A stretch of 40,814 nt of DNA, taken from contig DIVO01000012.1 of NCBI GenBank assembly GCA_002428285.1, positions 10,609-51,422 of the forward strand, written 5' to 3'. Below are positions 9,674 through 19,564 of this stretch, piece by piece. The stretch comes from Patescibacteria group bacterium UBA6130 (GTDB taxonomy: Bacteria > Patescibacteriota > Microgenomatia > UBA12405 > UBA6130). A model generated the notes under the pieces. The model saw nothing but the letters and a program-made list of their open reading frames with translations. It searched no databases and was not told where the DNA came from. A program made the position numbers and the translations under genes. Each line of letters begins with the position of its first letter. Position 1 is the first letter of the stretch.

Positions 9674-10663
9674 ATGGACGAAATGAACCACGATGAGCTT
9701 CAGGCTGAGGCAAAAAGACTTGGTCTTCCAAGATCGAGAAACGATGCCCAGCTAAGGAAGCTCATAAAAGAGCAGGAAAAGGAGAAAAACATGAGAGAAA
9801 GCTCGTGGTCAAGAGTGATGGTTCTTGTCGTGGCGGTGGCACTGCTACTTCTTTGTGGCTTCGCAGCCATAAGGGTAGTTCCAGCCCTCGCGAGAGAAGC
9901 TGGAAAGGTTGTCGAATTTATTCGACAGCCAGCAGCAGTAGCAGTGTCTGAGCCACAAACTCAGGCAACGGTTGTGGTGGTAGCAGCATCTGAGCCCTTA
10001 CAGGTTCAAATGCCAATTGCTGAGGAGACCCAACTGTGTGACAAAGTCACACAGTACGATCGGCCACCCCAGCCTCAGGTAGGGCATCCGTCCTACTACA
10101 ATGAGACTGGTGTGTCCGAAAAGTCCGGCTGCTGGGAGGTCGAACTCCGTGATGAAGACTTTGTCTTAATCGCCGGTGGCTATATTGTCAACGGACGAGA
10201 AGGCGGAGTTTACACTGCTGTCCAGGGACCGGCAACGGTCGAAGTTTCTATCACCGATGGCTTCATAGCCATAGTGGTAGATGAATGGGCAGAGGAGGAG
10301 TTCTGTTTCCGAGTCGGCCAAGCGGTCGAATTCGGGTGGTCCCACGAGATTGTGGAACCTCTACCCGGATGGGACTGCTCCTCAGCAACTGCAATCGCAG
10401 TTGCAACCGTCGCGAACACACAGACCGCATCACAAGAACCTGTAGTTGAAAGTCGACGTCCATCTGGTGCCAACCAAACCATTCGCTTTTCACAAGGCGA
10501 AAAAGTCTACGGTTGGAAGATCGTTCTCGACTCCGGCGCAATATGCGACGGAGGAGAATGTTACTTGCCATCGGCACCCGCCGGAGGAGAAGTAACATCG
10601 GGGGTAGTGAACCCTTGGGAGGAAGAAATTCCTGCCAATACTACCCAATGGAACGGCAGCTGA
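9674..10663 (+). CDS. Hypothetical single-pass membrane protein with an N-terminal SAP/HeH-like helix motif; compositionally foreign
   Basis: Track ORF starts at 9656. I prefer the ATG at 9674 because GGAGG lies 6 nt upstream (GGAGGcaaacaATG). Features are the motif ELQAEAKRLGLPRSRNDAQLRKLI, the TM segment VMVLVVAVALLLLCGFAAI, and a Cys-containing ectodomain. GC is about 55-60% in the lines I counted, against 22-40% in counted flanking lines. Confidence 0.55.
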   Translation: MDEMNHDELQAEAKRLGLPRSRNDAQLRKLIKEQEKEKNMRESSWSRVMVLVVAVALLLLCGFAAIRVVPALAREAGKVVEFIRQPAAVAVSEPQTQATVVVVAASEPLQVQMPIAEETQLCDKVTQYDRPPQPQVGHPSYYNETGVSEKSGCWEVELRDEDFVLIAGGYIVNGREGGVYTAVQGPATVEVSITDGFIAIVVDEWAEEEFCFRVGQAVEFGWSHEIVEPLPGWDCSSATAIAVATVANTQTASQEPVVESRRPSGANQTIRFSQGEKVYGWKIVLDSGAICDGGECYLPSAPAGGEVTSGVVNPWEEEIPANTTQWNGS

Positions 10664-11027
10664 TCCACACCATACCCCCAAGGGGACGCGCACTAAAAAG
10701 GCATAACCTATGTTGACGCTTGCGTCATCAAAAAGTTTGCCCGATTAAGTGTGTGTCCCCAGTTCCCCTTTAATCAAAATCGAATTTTTTTGATAATAGG
10801 GGAGCTTAAAAATAGTTCCATGCACTTTGACCTCATGCGGGTTAAAAGAAGAAAACAAATAATATTAGTCATTCTTCTTATGATACCAAGCACTGCCATC
10901 AGAGATAATGTGTGATGAACACAGATATTACAAACCTTATTCACCGGAAGAAAGTGGTCGTAAAGAGAAAATTCGACTCAGTAGATCCCTAAGTAGCTAT
11001 ATGATAACAAAAGAGAGGTAAGACTAT

Positions 11028-11088
11028 CGGATAGATGGTCAAGCTGTGCAACCGTGCACATAATTTCGCTATCCGCCGTTTTTCTTTT
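11028..11088 (+). terminator. Structured hairpin with T-run at the end of the 10664-11130 non-coding stretch
   Basis: Outer arms CGGATAG (11028-11034) and CTATCCG (11069-11075). Inner arms TGTGCA (11045-11050) and TGCACA (11055-11060). Followed by CCGTTTTTCTTTT. Confidence 0.4.
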
Positions 11089-11130
11089 CCTTCCCGTTCT
11101 TATATTTATAATTTACTGTAAATATAAAGC

Positions 11131-12111
11131 ATGAAAAATAAAAAAAATAATACACTGATTTCAATTGTAATGCCCGTCTATAATACGGAGCGGTTTTTAC
11201 ATGCCTCTTTAAACTCGATCCTAAAGCAAACATATGAAAACTGGGAACTTATTTGCGTTGACGATGCTTCAACAGATAATTCACTCAAGATCTTGAAGTC
11301 TTATGCCAAAAAGGACAAAAGAATCCATGTGTTTGGACAAAACACAAATCAAGGAGTATCAAGAACTGCCAATTTTGCTCTTCGAAAAGCAAAAGGCACA
11401 CTCGTTGCCCGAATGGACGCAGATGATATCATGCTCCCAAGAAGGATAGAAAAACAGGTTAGATTTTTAAACAATAACCCTAAAGTTGTGGCTGTCGGCG
11501 GACAATGTTTATTGATAAACGAAAAAGGCAAAAAAATCGGGAGTAAATCTTTCCCCTTAAACCATGAAGCGATTTACAAGATGATCTACCAGGCAATGCC
11601 AATTCAACAGCCTACTCTAATGATAAGTAAAAAACTGCTTCCTAAAGGCTTTATTTGGTATGAAAAAGAGTTTACTACAGCCGAAGAGGTAGATTTACTT
11701 TTTAGACTGTTCAATTTTGGTAAAATTGCCAATCTTCCAGATTTCACTTTAAAATATAGACTACACGGCAATAACATATCATTAAAAAATCCAAAGGAAA
11801 CATTTCTTTTAACTTATCAAACACGCAAAGAAGCAATTAATAAACACGGGTATCGTCCAACGTTTTCTGCTAAAGTAATTAGTTGCGCACAATGGATGAC
11901 AATCCGGATAATTCCAAGCGCTGCCATATTTCCATTGTTTACTATTTGGCGAGGAGTTAAACCCTTTAGACCCAATCTCTTTAATCAGCTAAAAATTAAA
12001 CTTCCCAGAGAAGATTTTTCTATGACACATCAGGCTGGACAACTTATTGGTCATGCTTTATTGGCCATCTTTTTTGTGATTTTTAAAAAACTTAATAGAA
12101 TATGTTTATGA
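11131..12111 (+). CDS. Family 2 glycosyltransferase (GT-A fold)
   Basis: 326 aa. ISIVMPVYNTERFLHASLNSILKQTYENWELICVDDASTDNS and the DxD-type motif RMDADD. The C-terminal part is hydrophobic. Confidence 0.9.
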   Translation: MKNKKNNTLISIVMPVYNTERFLHASLNSILKQTYENWELICVDDASTDNSLKILKSYAKKDKRIHVFGQNTNQGVSRTANFALRKAKGTLVARMDADDIMLPRRIEKQVRFLNNNPKVVAVGGQCLLINEKGKKIGSKSFPLNHEAIYKMIYQAMPIQQPTLMISKKLLPKGFIWYEKEFTTAEEVDLLFRLFNFGKIANLPDFTLKYRLHGNNISLKNPKETFLLTYQTRKEAINKHGYRPTFSAKVISCAQWMTIRIIPSAAIFPLFTIWRGVKPFRPNLFNQLKIKLPREDFSMTHQAGQLIGHALLAIFFVIFKKLNRICL

Positions 12112-15100
12112 TTAAGTTCCAGTTAAAAAAATTCCTTCCTGTTGTTTTTTTGGTTTTTGTACTTTCTGCTTTATTTATTACAAACTACACTCCCGGAACT
12201 TACCTAACTGGCTGGGATAATCTTATGCCTGAACTTAATTTGGGCGTAAACATCAAAAGGTCACTCCTAGCAGTATGGCAAGAATATCAAGGGCTGGGAC
12301 TCGTTGGAGGCATGGGTCATGCAACAGAACTTATCAGACAACTTATAATTTTTCCCTTAAATCTCATTTTTCCGGTAAGCTTTATTCGCTATTTTTGGCA
12401 TTTTTCTATGTTAACACTTGGAACCCTAGGAGTTTATTTTATCCTTGGACAAATATCACTAAATAAAAATAAGACATTTAATCTGCTTCCAAGGGTTTTG
12501 GGGGCACTTTTTTACCTTCTAAATTTTGGAACAATTCAATTCTTTTGGCCTCCATATGAGGCTTTCTCAACTTTTTGGGGGTTTTTTCCCTGGCTAATCT
12601 TTTCTTTTTGGAATCTTATAAAAAAAAATAACAAAAGATCTCTTTATGTTTTTATTATTTTAAACATTCTCGCCACACCAAGCTTCTATATTCCAACACT
12701 ATTTGTTGTTTACCTCTTATGCCTTGCAGGCGTATCTTTAGGTTCCAAAAAGCCATTACCTTTAAGTTTTAAAGGGTTTTTTATCATTTTTATTATTAAT
12801 GCTTTTTGGTTATTACCATTTCTTTATTACTTATTAACCAACCTAAACAACACTCAAGAGGCTATAGCAAATCAAATATCAACAGAGGAGACTTTTTTAC
12901 GCAACCAGGGAAGGGGGACAATAAAAGATTTTCTTCTTATGCGTGGATATTATTACGATTTTCCCGATAGGGATGTGTCTCTTATGGAGACCTGGCATAA
13001 TCATTTTGAAAAAACAGGAATACTTCTACTTGGCTATTTTTTGGGAGGAATTGCTGTTTTTGGTTTATTGTTAACACTTATACGAAAACATCTCAATGGC
13101 TTCTCCTTAGGAATATTTATTATTTGGCTACTTGGTCTGATAGCACTTCTTTCGGCCATCCCACCGTTTGAACAAATAAACGATATTTTAAGACATATTC
13201 CACTCATAAATCAGGTGTTTCGTTCACCATTTACAAAATTTATCGTTCCAACAGCCTTTGCTTTTGCTTATTTCTTTGCAATATCTGTCCAATCTCTAGC
13301 TGATATTAAAATACGTTTTTTCGAATCAAATAAGTTGTTAAATTTTGTCATCGCTGGAGTGCTAGTAATAATGCTTGGAATATATAGCTCGCCAGCATTC
13401 TCGGGGAACTTCATATACCCAAAAATGAGGGTTGATATTCCTGGTGAATACCTTGAACTGATTGAATACCTGAAGGATAAACCAAGCATGGCAAGAATTG
13501 CCAACCTACCACAAGGAGATTTTTGGGGTTGGACTTTATACCGCTGGGGCGGAAGAGGCTCAGGATTTATTTGGTATGGAATTGAACAACCTATCCTTGA
13601 TAGAGCATTTGATGTTTGGAGCCTTAATAATGAACAATACTATTGGGAACTAAGCTATGCCCTACAAACACAAAATATTAGCTTGATTGAAAATATTTTT
13701 GATAAATATTTTATTGAATACGTCTTATTTGACGATAATGTATTTTTCCCTGGAGAAAAAGAATATGCAAAAATATCCCTTAACACTAAAAAACTACTAG
13801 AAGATTCTGAAAAGTTAAAAAAGGTGGCAGAATTTGGCAATCTTACTCTTTATAGATTTCATAAAAGCACTGTGCCAACAATAGTATTTGGTGACATTGT
13901 AGAATCTAATTTTAACGGGTTCTATTCCCAAGATTTATATTTTAATAATTTTGGAAATTATATAAGTAATTCGCAAAAACCAAACATCTACTACCCTTTT
14001 AACAGTATGTTTTCCAATAGATTTCAAAATGAACTTACCTTTTCTGTTGAAGAACTCGATGATAAACTTGTCTTGGAAATTCCAGTAGAATATTTTGAAA
14101 ATTTTAATTTAAAGCAAAATAACAATTTTTCTTCGGAAACAATTTTCCTAAATCAGGATATATCTCAAGGTTATCCCATAGCCCAAGTTGAAATACCTCT
14201 CGATGAACTAAGTAATTTCCGAAACTGCGCTTCCGAAAAATCTAACAGCGAATTTTACTCAAAAAGCAATAATGACATAACATTTGAAGCAGTTAATGCC
14301 TCCCCATGTGTAGATTGGAAATATAGTAGAGCCTTTAATGAGCTAGACCAACCATATATTGTAAAAATTGAATTTGAATATAAGTCAAAAACAGACGAAT
14401 GGCCTCAGTATTGTCTATTGAGTTCAAAGGGTAATTGCCTTAACAACAAAGACTTCCCCCTAAAAGGTTTTTCAAACCATTGGGAAATCTATTCAGAAGA
14501 AATCTTAATTGATCCAAAACAAGATAAGGTCGTCAATTTCTCACTAATCTTAGATGCGTATAATGAAAACATCGAAAAACAGATAAGCTATAGAAAAATA
14601 AAATTAACTTTTTACCCGGTCGATGCAAGCCGATTATCTAAAAATATTTCTTATAATATTATCCAAAATGGAGAAAACATTTATTTCGAAATCCCTAAAT
14701 TATTATCTAATATTTACATAGGCGATCTTGTTGAAAAAAATTTATATAAATTGAGATCAATAAACTGTAACTCTACTCTCCCCAATACTGGAAAAATTGA
14801 GCTAATAGATAATCAGCAAGAAAAGTTTATCAGACAAAGCGTCACGCATGGAGACTCATGTTTGATATGGAATTTCCCAGAATTGTCTCTTGATAGGGGA
14901 TGGCTGGTAAAAGTTGAATATCGCAATAAAAAAGGTTACCCCTTATTGGTCTCAGGTTTTGATGGACATGATAGATACAAATTTTTTTACACCAAATTAA
15001 CTTCGGAGGAAGAATGGCAAGATGCATATTTTGTAATTCCTGCATATTCACAAACACACAATGGACTTGCACTTCTTTTTGACACAATATCATACAATAA

Positions 15101-15509
15101 TTCCGAAAGCATAAACGATATCAAATCTCTCAAGATTTTTCCTCTTCCATGGGAATATCTGCAATCAATTTCTTACCAATCTGGTAATATTATTAAATCA
15201 GAAACACATTTAACTGAATTTAGCGGCAACATCTGGCATTATGAAATAAAAAATATTAATACAGCCACACAAACCAATAAAACACTTATTCTTCCCCAAT
15301 CTTACGATAAAGGATGGATAGCTATTACAGACAATTTCAAGCTTTTAGACCATTATGAGATAAGTAATTGGGCAAATGGATGGCAAATTGAGGGAAATCC
15401 GGAAAAAATCTATATAATCTTCTGGCCTCAAATCCTGCAATTCATCGGCTTTGGAGGATTGGGACTTGCCATGCTTCTTGTCACTTCAAAGAAGCGACTG
15501 ATAATCTGA
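12102..15509 (+). CDS. Very large polytopic membrane protein, possibly a GT-C-like glycan transferase (AftD/DUF3367- or YfhO-like)
   Basis: 1135 aa. About 12 or more predicted TM helices in the first 450 aa, a large Asn/Tyr-rich extracytoplasmic domain, and a terminal TM (ILQFIGFGGLGLAMLLV). The start overlaps the GT2 stop by 10 nt (ATGTTTATGA). The function is inferred from architecture and context only. Confidence 0.75.
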   Translation: MFMIKFQLKKFLPVVFLVFVLSALFITNYTPGTYLTGWDNLMPELNLGVNIKRSLLAVWQEYQGLGLVGGMGHATELIRQLIIFPLNLIFPVSFIRYFWHFSMLTLGTLGVYFILGQISLNKNKTFNLLPRVLGALFYLLNFGTIQFFWPPYEAFSTFWGFFPWLIFSFWNLIKKNNKRSLYVFIILNILATPSFYIPTLFVVYLLCLAGVSLGSKKPLPLSFKGFFIIFIINAFWLLPFLYYLLTNLNNTQEAIANQISTEETFLRNQGRGTIKDFLLMRGYYYDFPDRDVSLMETWHNHFEKTGILLLGYFLGGIAVFGLLLTLIRKHLNGFSLGIFIIWLLGLIALLSAIPPFEQINDILRHIPLINQVFRSPFTKFIVPTAFAFAYFFAISVQSLADIKIRFFESNKLLNFVIAGVLVIMLGIYSSPAFSGNFIYPKMRVDIPGEYLELIEYLKDKPSMARIANLPQGDFWGWTLYRWGGRGSGFIWYGIEQPILDRAFDVWSLNNEQYYWELSYALQTQNISLIENIFDKYFIEYVLFDDNVFFPGEKEYAKISLNTKKLLEDSEKLKKVAEFGNLTLYRFHKSTVPTIVFGDIVESNFNGFYSQDLYFNNFGNYISNSQKPNIYYPFNSMFSNRFQNELTFSVEELDDKLVLEIPVEYFENFNLKQNNNFSSETIFLNQDISQGYPIAQVEIPLDELSNFRNCASEKSNSEFYSKSNNDITFEAVNASPCVDWKYSRAFNELDQPYIVKIEFEYKSKTDEWPQYCLLSSKGNCLNNKDFPLKGFSNHWEIYSEEILIDPKQDKVVNFSLILDAYNENIEKQISYRKIKLTFYPVDASRLSKNISYNIIQNGENIYFEIPKLLSNIYIGDLVEKNLYKLRSINCNSTLPNTGKIELIDNQQEKFIRQSVTHGDSCLIWNFPELSLDRGWLVKVEYRNKKGYPLLVSGFDGHDRYKFFYTKLTSEEEWQDAYFVIPAYSQTHNGLALLFDTISYNNSESINDIKSLKIFPLPWEYLQSISYQSGNIIKSETHLTEFSGNIWHYEIKNINTATQTNKTLILPQSYDKGWIAITDNFKLLDHYEISNWANGWQIEGNPEKIYIIFWPQILQFIGFGGLGLAMLLVTSKKRLII

Positions 15510-15522
15510 GTATTGTTTAGGT

Positions 15523-18231
15523 TTGGTTTTTGAGTTAAAATTATCAGTTGTGGAAACAAAACAAAATAACTCCATCATTGTTACTGGTGCCCGAGAGCAC
15601 AATCTGCAAGATATAACCGTAGAGATACCTAAAAACAAATTGGTTGTCCTTTCGGGAGTATCCGGCTCAGGCAAATCCAGCTTGGCTATGGATACATTAT
15701 ATGCTGAAGGACAAAGAAGATATGTAGAAAGCCTATCCTCATATGCCAGACAATTTTTGGGTGTTATGAAAAGACCGGATATCGATACTATTGAAGGATT
15801 ATCCCCTGCTATTGCCATTGACCAGCATGGCCTATCCCACAATCCCCGTTCGACTGTTGGCACCGCAACGGAAATATATGATTATTTTAGAGTTCTTTTT
15901 GCCAGAATTGGCCACCCTCATTGTCCTGATTGCGGAAGAGAAATCAGCCAGCAAACAAGTGTAAGCATCACCAGTCAAATAATAGACGTCATTAATAATA
16001 AGATAAGCCAATATAAAACCGGAAGATTTATGATACTTGCTCCTATTATTCGAGACAAAAGAGGAGAATTTGACCAATTGTTAAAAAACTTTATTAAAAA
16101 GGGATTTGACGATGTGAGGATAGACGGACAGATCAGAGCCTTAAATTCAGATTTTGGACTTATAAAAACCAATAGACATAATATAGATGTAATTATCGAT
16201 AAGCTTGACTTGACAGCTAAAACTTGGAATTCGGAAGGCTACAAACAAAGGTTGCTGGACGATGTGGAAATAGCTTTAGAAAATAGCAATGGCTTAGTAA
16301 TCCTAACCGAAGTTAATGACTCAGGATTTGATTTTCCTCAAAATCCAAAAGATACAGTAGATCATTTATATTCTCAAAGGTTTGCATGCCCGGTATGTAA
16401 TATCTCTCTGCCTGAAATTGAACCCAGAATTTTTTCTTTCAATTCGCCCCAAGGAGCTTGTCCTGAATGTGACGGCATTGGATCAAAATTAAGAATAGAT
16501 ACCTCTAAAGTTTCCAGTTGGAGAGCTCAAATGATGGAAAGTCAATATTACACAACAACCTCCGACTCGGTAAGAGAGAGCATTGAAAAATTTATGATTA
16601 AGGAACCATGTCCTAAGTGTAAAGGTTCTAAGCTAAACAAAGAAGCTTTATCTATTACCATTGATAACAACTCTATTGCCGAGATTTCAGCGTTACCTCT
16701 AAATAAGCTCTATGAATGGACTAAAAAAATCAGTAAAGATTTGGAATCCGAAAAGGAAAAAGAAATATCCAAACCATTGTTGAAAGAAATTAATTCAAGA
16801 TTAAATTTTCTTCTTGCAGTTGGAGTGGATTATTTAACCCTAGACAGATCAGCCTCAACTTTATCGGTTGGAGAAGCTCAGAGAATTAGACTATCAAGCC
16901 AAATAGGAACAGGACTAACAGGAGTGCTCTATATTCTTGATGAACCCACAGTCGGCTTACACCAAAGAGATACTCAAAAGTTAATCCACACTTTGAATAA
17001 ATTAAGAGATTTAGGAAATACGGTCGTCGTTGTAGAACATGACAAAGAAGTATTAAACAGCTCTGATTGGATAATCGATTTTGGCCCTGGAGCAGGAAAA
17101 CATGGAGGCAATGTAATTGCTTTTGGAACACCAAAAGACATAGTTAAAAATAATAATTCGGTTACGGGCAGATATCTCAACGGAGATAAAAAAGTTCCAT
17201 TAACAACCAATGGCATTAATCAACCTAAACACACTATTACACTTTCAGGGTGCAAAGAGCATAATTTGAAAAACATTACTGTAAAAATCCCTACAAACAA
17301 ACTAACCTGCATTACAGGTGTATCAGGCTCAGGTAAATCAACATTAATCCACGACACTCTTTATCCGGCATTAAAAAAAGCTAAAAATCCTTATTATAGA
17401 GAAAAGCCTGGAGAATTCAGCAAACTTGAAGGAGCTGAATATTTTGATCAAATCTTAATGGTTGACCAAACTCCTGTAGGCAGAACATCAAGGAGCAATC
17501 CTGCAACCTATATTGGTGTGTGGACAGATATTAGAGAATTATTTGCCAAAACACGTGAAGCCCAGCTAAAAGGTTATAATGCAGGACATTTTTCTTTTAA
17601 CGTTGAGGGAGGAAGATGCGAAGCATGCAAGGGTCAAGGACAAACAAAGGTTGAAATGCAATTTTTAGCAGATATCTGGGTCGTCTGTGAAGAATGTCAG
17701 GGAACAAGATTTAAGCAGGAAGTTCTTGAGGTAGAATATAAGGGTAAGAGTATTGCTGATGTATTGGATCTAACAATAGATGAAGCGATCGGGTTTTTTT
17801 CAAATTTTAATAGAATTTCAAAAAAGCTTAAACTCATGAAAAGGATTGGTTTGGATTATCTTGATTTAGGACAACCATCTCCCACTCTTTCAGGCGGTGA
17901 GTCGCAAAGGTTAAAACTGGCAAGAGAATTAACAAAAAGCAATAGAAATACAACCATTTATTTGTTGGATGAGCCAACCACAGGGCTTCATTTTGCAGAT
18001 ATTGAAAAACTCCTTGAGGTCATTAGAAAGTTAATTGAAAAAGGTAATACTGTTGTAGTTATAGAGCACAACTTGGATGTTATAAAAAACGCCGACTACA
18101 TAATTGATCTGGGTCCCGAAGGCGGAGAAGCTGGTGGAGAAATTATTGCAACAGGATCACCTAAAGAAATTGCTAAAAATAGCAAATCATGGACAGGAAA
18201 ATATCTTCAAAGTTACTTTAGTAAAATCTAA
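15523..18231 (+). CDS. uvrA: Excinuclease ABC subunit A
   Basis: 902 aa. Two ABC modules (GVSGSGKSSLA and GVSGSGKSTLI; signature LSGGESQRLKLA) and zinc modules (CPDCG, CPVCN...CPECDG, CEACKGQG...CEECQG). There is no ATG at the 5' end, so the start is TTG 15523 or GTG 15550. Confidence 0.95.
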   Translation: MVFELKLSVVETKQNNSIIVTGAREHNLQDITVEIPKNKLVVLSGVSGSGKSSLAMDTLYAEGQRRYVESLSSYARQFLGVMKRPDIDTIEGLSPAIAIDQHGLSHNPRSTVGTATEIYDYFRVLFARIGHPHCPDCGREISQQTSVSITSQIIDVINNKISQYKTGRFMILAPIIRDKRGEFDQLLKNFIKKGFDDVRIDGQIRALNSDFGLIKTNRHNIDVIIDKLDLTAKTWNSEGYKQRLLDDVEIALENSNGLVILTEVNDSGFDFPQNPKDTVDHLYSQRFACPVCNISLPEIEPRIFSFNSPQGACPECDGIGSKLRIDTSKVSSWRAQMMESQYYTTTSDSVRESIEKFMIKEPCPKCKGSKLNKEALSITIDNNSIAEISALPLNKLYEWTKKISKDLESEKEKEISKPLLKEINSRLNFLLAVGVDYLTLDRSASTLSVGEAQRIRLSSQIGTGLTGVLYILDEPTVGLHQRDTQKLIHTLNKLRDLGNTVVVVEHDKEVLNSSDWIIDFGPGAGKHGGNVIAFGTPKDIVKNNNSVTGRYLNGDKKVPLTTNGINQPKHTITLSGCKEHNLKNITVKIPTNKLTCITGVSGSGKSTLIHDTLYPALKKAKNPYYREKPGEFSKLEGAEYFDQILMVDQTPVGRTSRSNPATYIGVWTDIRELFAKTREAQLKGYNAGHFSFNVEGGRCEACKGQGQTKVEMQFLADIWVVCEECQGTRFKQEVLEVEYKGKSIADVLDLTIDEAIGFFSNFNRISKKLKLMKRIGLDYLDLGQPSPTLSGGESQRLKLARELTKSNRNTTIYLLDEPTTGLHFADIEKLLEVIRKLIEKGNTVVVIEHNLDVIKNADYIIDLGPEGGEAGGEIIATGSPKEIAKNSKSWTGKYLQSYFSKI

Positions 18232-18234
18232 GGT

Positions 18235-19548
18235 ATGGACAGTTTAAAAGAGAAAAGAATTCAGCTTCCAAATAAACCCGGTGTTTACATCTATAAAGAT
18301 AAGAATAAAAAAGTTATATATATAGGTAAAGCATTATCACTCAAAAAAAGAGTAGCTTCATATTTTTATAAAGGGGTCAAAGATAAAAAAACCCTTCAGC
18401 TTATCTCACAAATCGATGATCTTGATCATATTGTAGTTATGTCCGAATTTGAAGCTTTATTACTTGAAGCAAAATTAATAAAGCAGTATCAGCCAAAGTT
18501 TAATGTTGACCTTAAGGATAATAAAAGATATATATACATTGCCTTAACAAGAGAAAAGTACCCTCGCCTTTTTATTGTGCGACGTCCTGAAATAGAGAGG
18601 AAACTTCTTGATTGGTATGGTCCTTTTCCTTCTTCAAGAGATACTCGCGAGGTATTAAAAATTATTAGAAACATTTTTCCTTTCAGATCTTGCGGTATTC
18701 TTCCCCACTCCCCTTGTCTTTTTTCGCATATTCACCTTTGTCCTGCTCCTTGCGTAAACGATTTAAAAGAATATAAAAATACCATCTCAAAAATCAGAAA
18801 ACTATTGTCTGGACAAACTTCAAAAATAATTAGAGAGTTAAAACAGGAAATGAAGATATTTTCTGAGATGGATAATTTTGAAAAAGCTCAAGAGATTAAA
18901 ATGCAAATAATAGCGCTTGAAAATATCACCAGAGGATGGAAAAATATCCCCAAAGACAGAATAGATATCGAAAAAATCCACTCAAGATTAAAAAAATTTA
19001 TCATAAGATACAGCACAATTGATCCGATCACAATCACAAAAATTGAAGGATATGACGTTTCAAATTTAGGAAAAAAAATAATTGTAGGGTCGATGGTAGC
19101 ATTTACCAAAGGAATTCCAGATAAAAATAATTATAGAAAATTTAAAATTAATTTTGACTTTAATCACAAAAATAGCAGAAAAAACCTGGATATCCAGTCA
19201 GACACTGAGTCTATGTATCAGATACTCAAAAGAAGGCTAAACCACCCTGAATGGATATATCCTCAGATAATTCTTTTGGACGGAGGAAAAGGCCAAATAT
19301 CTTCGGCTTTTAAGGCTTTAAAAGAAAAAAATCTTCATGACCAGATACCCATCCTTGGACTAACAAAAAGAAATGAAACGATTATCATACCCCAAATTGA
19401 AAAAGGTGAAATTAAAAAATGGAAATCCGTCAATTTATCAAAAAATTCGCGAGTTTTAAAATTACTGCAAAGAATTAGAGATGAATCCCACCGCTTTGCT
19501 CAGAATTATTACAAAACATTACATAGGAAATCCATTTTGGGAATTTAA
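18235..19548 (+). CDS. uvrC: Excinuclease ABC subunit C, short form lacking the C-terminal (HhH)2 domain
   Basis: 437 aa. GIY-YIG (PGVYIYKDKNKKVIYIGKA), UVR motif (NFEKAQEIKMQIIALENI), and an RNase H-like endonuclease region ending in DESHRFAQNYY. The protein stops about 20 aa after that. Confidence 0.9.
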   Translation: MDSLKEKRIQLPNKPGVYIYKDKNKKVIYIGKALSLKKRVASYFYKGVKDKKTLQLISQIDDLDHIVVMSEFEALLLEAKLIKQYQPKFNVDLKDNKRYIYIALTREKYPRLFIVRRPEIERKLLDWYGPFPSSRDTREVLKIIRNIFPFRSCGILPHSPCLFSHIHLCPAPCVNDLKEYKNTISKIRKLLSGQTSKIIRELKQEMKIFSEMDNFEKAQEIKMQIIALENITRGWKNIPKDRIDIEKIHSRLKKFIIRYSTIDPITITKIEGYDVSNLGKKIIVGSMVAFTKGIPDKNNYRKFKINFDFNHKNSRKNLDIQSDTESMYQILKRRLNHPEWIYPQIILLDGGKGQISSAFKALKEKNLHDQIPILGLTKRNETIIIPQIEKGEIKKWKSVNLSKNSRVLKLLQRIRDESHRFAQNYYKTLHRKSILGI

Positions 19549-19564
19549 GTTTGAACCTGTTTTT

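Noticed and set aside
10210-10716. Four track ORFs (10210-10482 -, 10263-10598 -, 10490-10693 -, 10513-10716 +) overlapping the GC-rich ORF
   Set aside because: They overlap each other and the SD-led 9674-10663 ORF. They are Arg/Ser/Leu-rich low-complexity translations, as expected from stop-codon depletion in high-GC DNA. None has start-site support.
15486-15863. 125-aa minus-strand ORF overlapping the uvrA 5' end, plus the many other 60-130-aa antisense ORFs inside long genes (for example 6759-7127, 20525-20923, 16886-17216)
   Set aside because: They are antisense to strongly supported genes, have no motifs and show compositionally odd translations.
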